From NCBI GenBank assembly GCA_044440125.1, contig JBITAJ010000021.1, positions 128,001 through 192,000 on the forward strand: a stretch of 64,000 bases of DNA, given 5' to 3'. This stretch comes from Sedimentisphaeraceae bacterium JB056. GTDB taxonomy: Bacteria > Planctomycetota > Phycisphaerae > Sedimentisphaerales > Sedimentisphaeraceae. Positions 32,801 to 42,067 of this stretch are shown here, piece by piece. Each line of letters begins with the position of its first letter. Position 1 is the first letter of the stretch. A program made the position numbers and the translations under genes. The notes below the pieces were generated by a model that saw nothing but the letters and a program-made list of their open reading frames with translations, was not told where the DNA came from and did not search any database.

Positions 32801-33263
32801 CCGTATTATCAAGTCTGCCAAGTTTACTGACCCAATCATTAGGATCTACGGCATCAGTTCCAGCCGCAACATAAATACGACCGGAATTCATTGGATCAAA
32901 CACCAAGTCATTAACCTGTGCACCTATATAGAATGAATCTACAAGCGTAACCTCATCATTTCCATAACTTTCATACCAGTAAACGGTATCATCACTACCG
33001 ACAAGAAGATCAACACGGGTATCACCATCAAGGTTGCCACTCACTACAGAATAATATTCTTCGGTATAACTATCTGCAATTCTTCTCCATTGAACGCTAC
33101 TGCTACTACGATCATATTCAAACCAATCAACTGCACCATGGCCGGATGCAGCCTGAACGCATATAAAATCCGTATTAAAATCACCATCAAGAGATGCATA
33201 AGACATGCCTGAAAAAAAGACACTCATTAAAAATGCGACAAAACTTACCTTAAACTTAATCAT
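29853..33263 (-). CDS. Polysaccharide lyase family 8 protein with N-terminal FG-GAP repeats and dockerin-like tail
   Basis: GNWWYWQISLP, GANL, DFSFHQHGPIPYSGSYG, LGRAVTR, DWTRLPGVTV, AKKSYFFFDDEVVCMGS; tail GDLNQDCQVDITDL. Confidence 0.92.
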   Translation of the reverse strand: MIKFKVSFVAFLMSVFFSGMSYASLDGDFNTDFICVQAASGHGAVDWFEYDRSSSSVQWRRIADSYTEEYYSVVSGNLDGDTRVDLLVGSDDTVYWYESYGNDEVTLVDSFYIGAQVNDLVFDPMNSGRIYVAAGTDAVDPNDWVSKLGRLDNTANDQVVYTELQSHNKEQYFCVTPSDFDQDGLLEMFVGMKSYNAANPDYGHVVLFEVKPDDSVAYIKLAITGKMGGNDNIVGDCDGDGNDEIFLSAGSVSSGGVWWYEWDGTDNGMYYISKPVSGRAGRLLWGNVDDDSTNDLLFASYFTSGWLENSGVDNGMTWNGNVFGAKNGHVLVLGDWDGDGMKEVIWGGDDSAGKETGLHLFKVTGDNSIPWQGAIAGSAYYLKDGVMIEPMSAADSLQLVRQQVENYNLELTAASAEAQAQSALDTIQADGSWSDIVYGTDAVENWPVVEHYERILDMALGYNKSGQSLYQSASLLTAIENALDYGQDNVFTVNGSGRPIQEGNWWYWQISLPKRLGKALVSIQDEINAAIFTEARDSLVWLVGEDIPVWEGANLADTAEIHTYLALIDADVNLLTDVKDTFESLLTFQATGHEGIKEDFSFHQHGPIPYSGSYGKDFLTSVCMYVGKYAINTVYQVDAYYVETLVDYLLQGANHFKINGYWDTGVLGRAVTRGDQNPENIPGISLLTDLEGDFADDIDAYLANPYELEGQRHFWESDITTHHSDNWYGSVRMLSDRTVNAEAINGEGFKQWLVANGLVWFLPLGDEYVTNDVLAAMDWTRLPGVTVEQKTYNETGYGYGDSDFVGGAFLESSGVAAMDFAYSSITDLTAKKSYFFFDDEVVCMGSDIDCSTSNTTETVVAQWPLTASNTPVFVDGQVASTAVGWDEVVSDVTLVECENIGYYFPAGDNIRAIRKSQSGAWYDLNNTFGSTDVVTRDFLTLLYDHGSNVNDASYLYAMVYPKGQSLTEYAMGVPFTALSNNDAVHAVKDRSTNTTAAVFWQSGTVDSVTVNTPCMVTWQIAGGKLSLALSEPTHATATITVTLDVPYTSLSNPILADGVTAQADGTESTLLTFAVENGRNYTAQFDTDIVSCLDIWQNGDGQQGDLNQDCQVDITDLTIFVNSWLQYAQPEELFIQ

Positions 33264-33313
33264 TTAAAGGCCTCCGATTAATAATAATAAAACTTGTTAC
33301 TAAACTTAAAATC

Positions 33314-33342
33314 ATTATACAAAACAAAAAACAATTACGCAA
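33314..33342 (-). promoter_or_regulatory. Sigma70-type promoter TTGCGT-17-TATAAT for the PL8 cluster
   Basis: acgcaa at 33337-33342 and attata at 33314-33319 on the + strand, 17-nt spacer. Confidence 0.6.
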
Positions 33343-33376
33343 GACTTTTTTGCAAATAACTAAGTATATTACAGTG

Positions 33377-33400
33377 AATATTGCAATGCAACTTGCATAA
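33377..33400. promoter_or_regulatory. Candidate LacI-family operator (core ATGCAA-N-TTGCAT)
   Basis: Reverse complement TTATGCAAGTTGCATTGCAATATT matches 42068-42091 at 22/24 positions. Confidence 0.65.
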
Positions 33401-33412
33401 ATAGCTGTATAT

Positions 33413-33452
33413 AAAAAAAATCCTGTACCCCATTAAGATGAAATACAGGATT
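33413..33452 (-). terminator. Intrinsic terminator of the lacI-family gene
   Basis: AATCCTGTA...TACAGGATT stem followed by a long T-run on the minus strand. Confidence 0.65.
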
Positions 33453-33472
33453 ATGTATTGTTATTTTGTAGA

Positions 33473-34513
33473 CTAAGAAATATCGGCAATTTTAATATTC
33501 TCACCATCAGGAGTCACCAAAATCGGCTCAACTCTACAGGATATTCTCGTATTAAACTGCGGTTTAGATATTCTCCACAGAATATGCTCAACTGCCATCT
33601 GCCCAATAACCTCAGGACAAAGATCGATAGTAGCCGGCCTTGGTTCAAGCGAGACAAGACAAGATTCATCATTATTAACAGAAACAATATGAATATCCTT
33701 CCCCGGCTGCAAACCGATTTTGCTTATCTCACGATAAAACACAGGAACCTCTGAATCAGATGTAATAAACACCCCGTCAGGTTTATCCTGCATATCATTA
33801 ATCATACCTACATAAGAACGTACAAGCTCATTAGCATTACTCTGATCTTCATCCCTGTAAGCATCTAAAACCTCAACACAAGCTTGATTTTCTTTCATAT
33901 AACTGGCAAAACCTTCACGCCTGCAATCCCACATATTACTGCCGGAAGAATGAAATACCAACCCAAGGCTCCTCTTGCAACCTTTACTCAACAGATACTT
34001 TGCAGCAGCCTGCCCCACCATCTCATTATCTGGGAAAATATGATCTCCATAAGGCTCACCTGACCCCATCACCCACAAACAAGGGGTGTCTTTAACTATC
34101 TTATTAAACCAATCCTCAGATGGGATATGTCCAAGAAAAATAACACAGTCAACTTGCCCATTACTAAGAAAAGCAGGTGTTTTTTGAGATGAGCTCATAC
34201 AACCAAGCAGGAAATTCATACCATAATCAGAAAGAGCAGTACTAACCTGATTGACTAACCTTGCATAGGGCCCATGGAGGATAGTAGACTCGACTCCCAT
34301 TAACACCATTCCGCAATTACCATTTTTAATTCCTTTTGCGGCAAGATTAGGCCCCGGCCTGTTAGCCCTTGGCAAAGGAGAGTAATCCATCTCCTTTACT
34401 ATTTCAAGAATCCTCTGTGTTGTTTCTGCAGAGATACCGGGTCGCTTATTGAGAACGCGAGATACCGTTGCCGAAGATACCCCCGCCGCTTTTGCAATTT
34501 TAGCCAATGACAT
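33473..34513 (-). CDS. LacI-family transcriptional regulator
   Basis: SLAKIAKAAGVSSATVSRVLN HTH followed by a periplasmic-binding-type sensor domain. Confidence 0.93.
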   Translation of the reverse strand: MSLAKIAKAAGVSSATVSRVLNKRPGISAETTQRILEIVKEMDYSPLPRANRPGPNLAAKGIKNGNCGMVLMGVESTILHGPYARLVNQVSTALSDYGMNFLLGCMSSSQKTPAFLSNGQVDCVIFLGHIPSEDWFNKIVKDTPCLWVMGSGEPYGDHIFPDNEMVGQAAAKYLLSKGCKRSLGLVFHSSGSNMWDCRREGFASYMKENQACVEVLDAYRDEDQSNANELVRSYVGMINDMQDKPDGVFITSDSEVPVFYREISKIGLQPGKDIHIVSVNNDESCLVSLEPRPATIDLCPEVIGQMAVEHILWRISKPQFNTRISCRVEPILVTPDGENIKIADIS

Positions 34514-34551
34514 ACAATTAATTCCTTACTCAAACTTATTAAGTGATAGTT

Positions 34552-34592
34552 CTTTGCAAGTTTCATTGTAACATTACATAAAAAAAAGTCAA
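34552..34592 (-). promoter_or_regulatory. lacI promoter (TTGACT-16-TACAAT) overlapped by an operator copy (34552-34575)
   Basis: CTTTGCAAGTTTCATTGTAACATT is 19/24 identical to each of the two long copies and covers the -10 box. Confidence 0.6.
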
Positions 34593-34597
34593 TAAGG

Positions 34598-37081
34598 CTA
34601 TTTTTTTTCTGGTAACACTTTGAGTTCATTGCTAATAAGACTTAGCACAAAGCCAATTGAAACACAAGTAACTACACCTGCAGCATAATAGAGGAAAAAA
34701 CTCATATCGGTATAAGTTTTGACTAAATAAAGTACAATCATCCCGGCAACAGCACCTGATATTGCCCCAAGACTGTTGGCCTTCTTAAAAAATATCCCAA
34801 GCACAAACACTCCGCCAAGACTTGATGCCATCAAGGCATCACATTGCCATACAAAGTCAAGTATTGACGTGAGCCTATCTCCAAGCAAAGCCATAAGCAA
34901 CGCAAAGGCAATACCGATAATACCAATAAACAATGTAGCTATTTTAGCAAATCTTAAACATTTCTGATCTGATGCTGTTTTATTAAATCTTTGAAAAAAG
35001 TCAGTTATGAAAACGGTAGCAGAACTGTTCATGCTTGTATCAACACTACTCATTGATGCCGCAAAAATAGCAGCAACTATCAATCCGGCGATGCCCGCAG
35101 GTATCTCCATACTGACAAACCAAGGCAAAACAGCATCATTACTAATAGTAGGATTCATTCGTTCAGGATTGTTTTTATAGTAAAAGAACAAAGCCGTACC
35201 AAGAAGATACAGAAGCAAACTAACCGGCACTGCAACCATCACATGGATCCATGCACTCTTAACGGCTTCTTTTCGGCTGCTCACAGAGAAAAATCTCTGA
35301 GCTATATTTTGATTACCAATACTGCCCATATACCAGAAAATATGTCCTGTTACAACAACCCATATAGCACTTGTAGTCCAATCTCCCTTGATAGTACCTA
35401 TTGAAAACTTATCATGAGCAATACCAACTTTAAATACTCCTGCTATTCCCGAATCACACGATGAAACGATTATATAAAATGACAATAATACACCAAGTAC
35501 TATGATAACTGTTTGAACAACATCCGTCCAGATTACAGCTTCAATGCCTCCCATCACCGTATATATAACACAGACAATCCCCATTGTTAGAACAGCCAAA
35601 TAGATATTGATTCCTGTTACAGCAGACAAAGTAAGAGCTGGTAAATACAATACGACACCAAGCCTTGCAAATTGAGAAAAGATAAATACAAGACTACCAT
35701 AACCCCTTACCGCATAATTAAACCTCTTCTCAAGATAATCATAAACAGAAACAATTTTATGTTTTCTGTAAATCGGTATAAACAAATAAACCTGCATTAA
35801 AGTCAGCAGGGGCAAAGTAATAATTCCTATAAATTGAACCCAATCATTACTGTAAGCTCTTCCTGGTACCGTCAAGAAGGATATAGCACTGAAATTGGTT
35901 CCCATAATACTTATCGCCGCAGCCCATGCAGGAATGCGTCCACCTGCAACAAAAAAATCATCTGTAGTGCTTTCACGACCTCGAAAAAACAAGCCCATCA
36001 TAATAAGTGCCGCAAAAAATATGAAAAGACCGGCATAATCAAGCAAACCAAATTTACCACTTACCTCATTAACTCCAATCTTACAGACAACAGGATTACT
36101 ACCTTGCCCAGCAGAGCCATTTTCAATAAGCCCATAACCACCTTCACCTTCCTGTACAACCGTCAAAACGTTACTTCTGATTTTTTCTGATTTAAACCAC
36201 TCATCAGTTATGGTATTGTAACCAAACCAGTTTCCACCCTGTTCGGTATCAGCCGCAACCATGACATGCGATTGACTGAGGACAAAATTCCCCATAACAC
36301 TTTTAATATCAGATGGCATCGCAGTCAACTGGCTCCATTGAGATCCTTTGCTCTCAAATAATTCTCTAACAGGAATACAATATGCATTCAAAGACAAGTT
36401 TGCCGTATCATTAGCCGAATACCCTCCGTAAACGAACAAGCAATCTTCTTTACCATTATGTTGAATTGACAAATTGGGTCTCAATAAACCCTCGCCCTGC
36501 CACTGAGGAAGTTCTTGCCATCTCATTTCCTCAGAGTTTGTATCAAGAAACCAGCCATAATTCACTGTATCACCAGAGACTATATTCTTACCGCCTATAA
36601 CATATACAATCGAATCAGACCCTATTATAGAACAATCACAAAGTGCAACGGGCAAAGAAGGCAACAATGCTTCACTATTCGGCAATGAATCAGAAGATTC
36701 AAATCGACCTTCATCTTCATCTAAACTTAAAAAATACACATCAGATTTTGACTGCACCAGGTTTTTATGCGAACTAACGCAAAGTAATCCATTCTCAAAT
36801 GGTACACAAGAGATATCGCAAGCAGCCAAAACGCCAGCATCAAAACCTTTCTGTTCACAGTCATCTGTAGACAATGCTATCAAAACCCATCTATGACCAC
36901 CTCTTGAACCAACCACAAGATGCTCACCTACCGGATAAATCAATGGTTCTCCCAATTGACCGGTATCTAAATAAGTAAACGTTTCATATGCAAACAATTC
37001 CTTTTCTTCCCGAGCTTCAAGAATATCAGAACAAAGGACAATAACAAAAAAGATAATAAAGGCATTTGTAATTTTGAACAT
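34598..37081 (-). CDS. Kelch-repeat (NanM-like) domain fused to a sodium:solute symporter
   Basis: Signal peptide; Kelch-like VYVIGG and LFVYGG...W motifs; SSS motifs DFFVAGG, SAISF, GGIEAVIWTDVVQ, AAIFAASMSS. Confidence 0.88.
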   Translation of the reverse strand: MFKITNAFIIFFVIVLCSDILEAREEKELFAYETFTYLDTGQLGEPLIYPVGEHLVVGSRGGHRWVLIALSTDDCEQKGFDAGVLAACDISCVPFENGLLCVSSHKNLVQSKSDVYFLSLDEDEGRFESSDSLPNSEALLPSLPVALCDCSIIGSDSIVYVIGGKNIVSGDTVNYGWFLDTNSEEMRWQELPQWQGEGLLRPNLSIQHNGKEDCLFVYGGYSANDTANLSLNAYCIPVRELFESKGSQWSQLTAMPSDIKSVMGNFVLSQSHVMVAADTEQGGNWFGYNTITDEWFKSEKIRSNVLTVVQEGEGGYGLIENGSAGQGSNPVVCKIGVNEVSGKFGLLDYAGLFIFFAALIMMGLFFRGRESTTDDFFVAGGRIPAWAAAISIMGTNFSAISFLTVPGRAYSNDWVQFIGIITLPLLTLMQVYLFIPIYRKHKIVSVYDYLEKRFNYAVRGYGSLVFIFSQFARLGVVLYLPALTLSAVTGINIYLAVLTMGIVCVIYTVMGGIEAVIWTDVVQTVIIVLGVLLSFYIIVSSCDSGIAGVFKVGIAHDKFSIGTIKGDWTTSAIWVVVTGHIFWYMGSIGNQNIAQRFFSVSSRKEAVKSAWIHVMVAVPVSLLLYLLGTALFFYYKNNPERMNPTISNDAVLPWFVSMEIPAGIAGLIVAAIFAASMSSVDTSMNSSATVFITDFFQRFNKTASDQKCLRFAKIATLFIGIIGIAFALLMALLGDRLTSILDFVWQCDALMASSLGGVFVLGIFFKKANSLGAISGAVAGMIVLYLVKTYTDMSFFLYYAAGVVTCVSIGFVLSLISNELKVLPEKK

Positions 37082-37102
37082 AATTTATTTTCTGGTATTG
37101 AA

Positions 37103-40100
37103 TTAATCTAAGCTTACTACTATCTCAAACGGAATTTTCTGTTTATCAACATAAGTATCTGCTTCAAAAGTCTTATTCCGCCATTCCAATGGCTTTAGAT
37201 CCTGTAAATTTTGATAATAATGATAATCCGGACATGACTGCAATGTTATTTTATTGCCTTGAATGATACAATCCCCTTTACCTCTAACGATTCTTGATTT
37301 ACCAAGCAAACAATCACTCTTGAAAGTTAAAGATGTATCCTCCCATGATGAAATAACAATTCGGATATTCTTATCATCTTTGCTTATTAACACGAAGCCA
37401 GAACCTGAAATTTCAATATCATCAGTAGAAAAGATATCAGAATTGTATTTAGCTACCATCAAGCAATTTCCAGTCTTTATGAAGTGCACATCTGTAGATG
37501 AGAGGACTTCAAGCTTTTTCTTCTCCAAAAGTCCATGCCAACCACTATCCTGTCGCGGAACATATGCCCATACGTAAGACTGGGATTTTGACGTATCTAA
37601 TTTCGTTTGCAGTTTTGCCATCTGCGTTGGCTGGTTCCCGCTCCATTGACCTATACCCTCAAGCCGATACCCCTTATCTGACCAATCATAAAGCTCAAGC
37701 CCTGTAGGCTGCTCAAGACAAACCATAGTAACTGTATCAAATTCAACAAAATCAGGGTTTCCAAGCTTGTATACCTCAGTTTCCTGATTATTTGATTTTA
37801 TATCAAACTGCTTATTATTAACTTTTACAATTTTATCATCTGGAGTTGATAATACGAGAGGATATACAACACTTTCTCTTTCAATTTCCTGAGCAGGCAC
37901 ATATTGAACTGCAACAACAAACTCACCTAACAAAAAATACGTTTTATAAAATAGCAGCTCATCTTTTGGTGCAGTCATAGCGGAAATATGCCCTTCCATT
38001 CCAAACAGAGCATAATCCTGATTATTTATAAAATCTATCTTTCGAGAATTCTTATTATTCATAAACTCATTGTCAGCATCCTTGTAGTCTTCCATGCCTT
38101 CAACAAGTGTAACACCTGCAAAATTAACATTATCGGAGGGAATCGCTATTTCACGTGGATGATGAGCTGACCGCATATAGAATCCGCCAACAGGCACTTT
38201 GGCATTATAATTCCAACTATTCGAGCTGCATGTAATATTGCCTGCTTTAGCAACTGCAGCAAAGTAATAGTTATCTGTTCTTGCAATAGCCAGCCCCGGG
38301 TTATAATACCACCTGAACCCTTTATCAAGAGCGTTATCATCAACAGCAACACTATTCCCTTCATGCCTTGAACGAATTTGTCTGTATATAATATCGGCAG
38401 ATTCTTTGTAATCTTTGGTCAGATAAAAAGCATAGCTTGACTCACGGCACAAACGACATCGATTATCACCTGTAATATTTGTCAAAATACCGTTATCATA
38501 AAGCCAATAGATTGACTCGGAAATATTATCAAACTCATCCAAATACTCTTTATCAAAACATAATTCACTACCCTTATACTTGTCATACCATTCACAAATA
38601 TCCTCATACAAGTTAGAAAAATACTTAACATCAAAAAAAGTAGGCGAATGCTCTCTAAGACTATAATCAGATTTAATACCCCACACCGGATTAGAGTTAG
38701 CTTTCATGCATTCAAACATCGCTTCTTTCAAAAAAGGTAATTTATCATTTACTCCCAAAAATTCCGCGTATTTAGCTGCTGTAATAACCTTCGATGCCTG
38801 ATTCCATCCTACTTCACCTTCTTTATAGCCATGCAAAGCAGTATCAAAAGAACTTCTTCTCCAAAGATATTCAAAACACGAAAGCCAGTAAGCGATTCTC
38901 TCATTACTAACACATCGATTCTTCCTCATAACCCATATCGCTTTTGAGTATGGACTTATTCCCCATGCAAACGGCTTAACTGCCCACGCCTTACTTCTAA
39001 CCTCTCCAATCTGTCCACTTTGCCTGTCAATTGCGGCACAAACATAATCCAAAGCTGCCTCAATAGAACTTGCTATCACTTTATTCTTATAATATTTTGA
39101 CTGAGAATTTTCATATGCAGATGATGCCTTATCCAACAAATCTCTCGTTGGCAAAATAACCGTCTGCATAGATTCAATATCAGTCCACTGATTATCAGGA
39201 ATAAACATGCCATAAAATTCTGATTCTGAGTCTAATATCTGGTATTGCAGATTTTTTTCAAGCCATTGATCGTCAAACCTCCAGTCAAACAGTTCCTTAC
39301 CATCATATTCTGTCCAATCCCAGTCTGAATAAGATCCAATTCTGTCTTTATCTATAACGGGATCAAAAAAATCACCACTGAGCTTCAATTCAAACGAACT
39401 TTGCAAACAGCCTTTATATGTAACTAAATTACCATCTAAATCACCGCTTGTAACAAAGTATACCTCGTAGTTATCCAGAAGTCTTTTATTTTTATTAATC
39501 TTAACTTCAGTAATTTCAGAGCCAAACTCAATTTCAACCTTAACACCATTATGCTGTTCAAACACTATCCTGCCTGCACCTTCAACCGAAATATTTACTT
39601 CTCCTTCCAGCACACCTCTCTTTGTTCCTATTTGCCAATATCCTTCTTCCCATAAAGAACAAGGCAATTTCATAAGATAACCAACAGCACGAAGCTTACA
39701 CTCTTTTTTAAAGGTAGTCTTCTGGCTTATAACCAAAGATTGATGCTTATTATTCAAAGACAATATATCTTCAGAATAAGAACCGAAACCAAGTTTAACA
39801 ACCATGGAATCACTATCAAGTTCGTATCCCTTCCAGGAATGCCTTCCCATTCCATTCCTATTATCATCATATCCTCTCAAATCCTCGGTTTCTGCCTTAA
39901 GACACCCAATAACAATTGCCGGTATTGCAGTTTTCAAAGTATCGTTATAAGAATATAAAAGCACACCGCTTCCCATATTCAAGAACCTGTGAGGTTCCTG
40001 ATAAGGCTGATACTTAAAATTTGCATTATGTTTAACAACAGGACGATTAAATATCTTATTAACCTCTTTTTTCAAGGCATAAACAGGAGAAATAAAAACC

Positions 40101-40180
40101 AAGATAGATACTAAAAAAAGCTTACTTGCTGCTCTCTTCTTCCAAACCATAAAACAAACCTCTCGAAATATAAAATTCAT
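37103..40180 (-). CDS. Secreted protein with a highly divergent PL8-like lyase domain
   Basis: GWNQ and GIKSDYSLREHSPTFFDVKY correspond to PL8 GAN and GIxxDxSFxQH...Y; NFAGVT and KTYFLLGEFVV match the supersandwich domain. Start may be 40150. Confidence 0.6.
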   Translation of the reverse strand: MNFIFREVCFMVWKKRAASKLFLVSILVFISPVYALKKEVNKIFNRPVVKHNANFKYQPYQEPHRFLNMGSGVLLYSYNDTLKTAIPAIVIGCLKAETEDLRGYDDNRNGMGRHSWKGYELDSDSMVVKLGFGSYSEDILSLNNKHQSLVISQKTTFKKECKLRAVGYLMKLPCSLWEEGYWQIGTKRGVLEGEVNISVEGAGRIVFEQHNGVKVEIEFGSEITEVKINKNKRLLDNYEVYFVTSGDLDGNLVTYKGCLQSSFELKLSGDFFDPVIDKDRIGSYSDWDWTEYDGKELFDWRFDDQWLEKNLQYQILDSESEFYGMFIPDNQWTDIESMQTVILPTRDLLDKASSAYENSQSKYYKNKVIASSIEAALDYVCAAIDRQSGQIGEVRSKAWAVKPFAWGISPYSKAIWVMRKNRCVSNERIAYWLSCFEYLWRRSSFDTALHGYKEGEVGWNQASKVITAAKYAEFLGVNDKLPFLKEAMFECMKANSNPVWGIKSDYSLREHSPTFFDVKYFSNLYEDICEWYDKYKGSELCFDKEYLDEFDNISESIYWLYDNGILTNITGDNRCRLCRESSYAFYLTKDYKESADIIYRQIRSRHEGNSVAVDDNALDKGFRWYYNPGLAIARTDNYYFAAVAKAGNITCSSNSWNYNAKVPVGGFYMRSAHHPREIAIPSDNVNFAGVTLVEGMEDYKDADNEFMNNKNSRKIDFINNQDYALFGMEGHISAMTAPKDELLFYKTYFLLGEFVVAVQYVPAQEIERESVVYPLVLSTPDDKIVKVNNKQFDIKSNNQETEVYKLGNPDFVEFDTVTMVCLEQPTGLELYDWSDKGYRLEGIGQWSGNQPTQMAKLQTKLDTSKSQSYVWAYVPRQDSGWHGLLEKKKLEVLSSTDVHFIKTGNCLMVAKYNSDIFSTDDIEISGSGFVLISKDDKNIRIVISSWEDTSLTFKSDCLLGKSRIVRGKGDCIIQGNKITLQSCPDYHYYQNLQDLKPLEWRNKTFEADTYVDKQKIPFEIVVSLD

Positions 40181-40186
40181 TCAAAA

Positions 40187-41179
40187 TCATGCTAACAAAG
40201 CAACTTTCTCTGAATTCAACTTCCATTTAAGCGGCTCACCTGCAATATATCGTTCAAGTTCTTCAACCATGTATTGACCAAGCCTTCCCATTTCATACCT
40301 CATAGAACCACTTATATGCGGAGTGAGAACAACATTATCCATATCAAACAAAGGCGATTCACCTCTCGGAGGCTCAGGATCGGTTACATCAAGTATTGCC
40401 GTTATATCTTTCCGCTCATTCAACACTTCAATCATATCCTGTTCATTAACAATTGAACCTCTTGCTGTATTGATAAAAGTAGAATAAGGCCGCATTTGCC
40501 GAAAATACTCTGCCGTTATTACTCCTCTTGTCTCTTCGTTAGCCGGCATATGAAGACATACTACATCAGAATATTTAAATATATCTTCCAATTCACAAGT
40601 TTGTGCTCCATACTTCCCCGGCAATGCAGGATCAATATAAGGATCATAAACAAAAATATCAACATCATAAGAATTCAAAAGCGTTGCTACATAACGGGGG
40701 ATCATACCAAAAGAAATCAATCCTACCGAACTTTTATATACCCCAGGTGATTTTATATCCAAAGGACGCTGTTTCATCTTTCGCATCTGACGAACATATG
40801 ACCAGCCGCATTTAAGGCTGAATACAATTTGAGAAACCACATACTCCGCAACAGGTATAGCATTTGCAACCCATGCACTGGTCAATAATATCTCCCTGTC
40901 CCAGAATAAATCGGTAGTAAAATAACGGGTAGAACCGGCGGCATAAAAGACTGCCTTTAAACGAGGAGAATTATTCAGCAATTCCTCATCCAATACAGGC
41001 ATGCCCCAACTTCCCAAAATCACATCAACATTTGACAATATATCAGGATTTTGCTTCACAAATTCAGGAGAAACAGCCACATCTTTAATATCCAAATAAT
41101 TGTGAACCATCTCTCGCTGACTTGACCCATAAACAAAATCAAACAACTTATTATCAAGAATATAAATCCCTTTAAGCAT
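40187..41179 (-). CDS. D-isomer-specific 2-hydroxyacid dehydrogenase family protein
   Basis: FINTARG, AILDVTDPEP, VVLTPHISG (Arg/Glu/His set); non-canonical GLISFGMIP nucleotide loop. Confidence 0.9.
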   Translation of the reverse strand: MLKGIYILDNKLFDFVYGSSQREMVHNYLDIKDVAVSPEFVKQNPDILSNVDVILGSWGMPVLDEELLNNSPRLKAVFYAAGSTRYFTTDLFWDREILLTSAWVANAIPVAEYVVSQIVFSLKCGWSYVRQMRKMKQRPLDIKSPGVYKSSVGLISFGMIPRYVATLLNSYDVDIFVYDPYIDPALPGKYGAQTCELEDIFKYSDVVCLHMPANEETRGVITAEYFRQMRPYSTFINTARGSIVNEQDMIEVLNERKDITAILDVTDPEPPRGESPLFDMDNVVLTPHISGSMRYEMGRLGQYMVEELERYIAGEPLKWKLNSEKVALLA

Positions 41180-41248
41180 TAAATTCCTTCATCCCAGCAT
41201 ATCTAAAGTACATTATTATATCCTAAAATTAACGAACTAAGATATTAC

Positions 41249-41271
41249 GCAATTACATTGCAATTGCATAA
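41249..41271. promoter_or_regulatory. Candidate LacI operator variant (TGCAATTGCA core)
   Basis: Minus strand TTATGCAATTGCAATGTAATTGC upstream of the dehydrogenase operon. Confidence 0.45.
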
Positions 41272-41291
41272 ACCTATAAAATACCGTTTAA

Positions 41292-42035
41292 TTATCTCAG
41301 AGACTCCCAATACTCCTGACAAAAGTCCTCGGTACGCTCACTGTTATCTGCAAGTTTATCTATAAAATAATCACTAACCTTGCGATACTCCACATGACTG
41401 TCACCATAAAGAACCTGCACACCATCCTTATGCCCCTCCAGTATAAAATCAGCCCACATAGCAACATCACTGAAAATAGGAGCCTTTCCAACAATATCAA
41501 GTGTAGTATATGTATACTTACCGGAACTTTTAAGCGGACCCAAGTTTCTCCAATAACAACTTCTGCCATTCATCCAGCCATAGTGTTTATCACGAGAATT
41601 CAACCGAACCTCAGATATATAATTAGGATGATCGGAATCACCGTTAGAATTTAAAAACTGCTTATCCTTCTGGGTAGGGCAAAATATCGCATCACCTTGC
41701 GGATGAAGATAATTATCATCACACAAAACACCTATGTTAAGAAAACGAGGTGGATCATTAGCCGGACCATAACCTTTGTAAAACCAATAAGAGTAGTAAG
41801 AGTTGCTGTATATTTCAGGAAGCTTATTTTTATTTCCCTGACCATACATAGTCAAGGCATAACCTATTTGGCGGAGATTATTGCCGCAAACAACCTTTTT
41901 AGCTGACTCACGAGCCTTCCTTAAACTCGGCAGCAATACACTCATAAGCACAGCAATTATAGAAATAACAACCAAAAGCTCTATAAGAGTAAAACCTGAC
42001 ACTTTATTTTTTTTAGCATTTTCACTTATGCACAT
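41292..42035 (-). CDS. Prepilin-type N-terminal cleavage/methylation protein (DUF1559 / H-X9-DG type)
   Basis: [46 protein letters not shown]-terminal [14 protein letters not shown]. Confidence 0.9.
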   Translation of the reverse strand: MCISENAKKNKVSGFTLIELLVVISIIAVLMSVLLPSLRKARESAKKVVCGNNLRQIGYALTMYGQGNKNKLPEIYSNSYYSYWFYKGYGPANDPPRFLNIGVLCDDNYLHPQGDAIFCPTQKDKQFLNSNGDSDHPNYISEVRLNSRDKHYGWMNGRSCYWRNLGPLKSSGKYTYTTLDIVGKAPIFSDVAMWADFILEGHKDGVQVLYGDSHVEYRKVSDYFIDKLADNSERTEDFCQEYWESLR

Positions 42036-42067
42036 ATTTCACCTTTGACTTATATAAACCTAAAACC

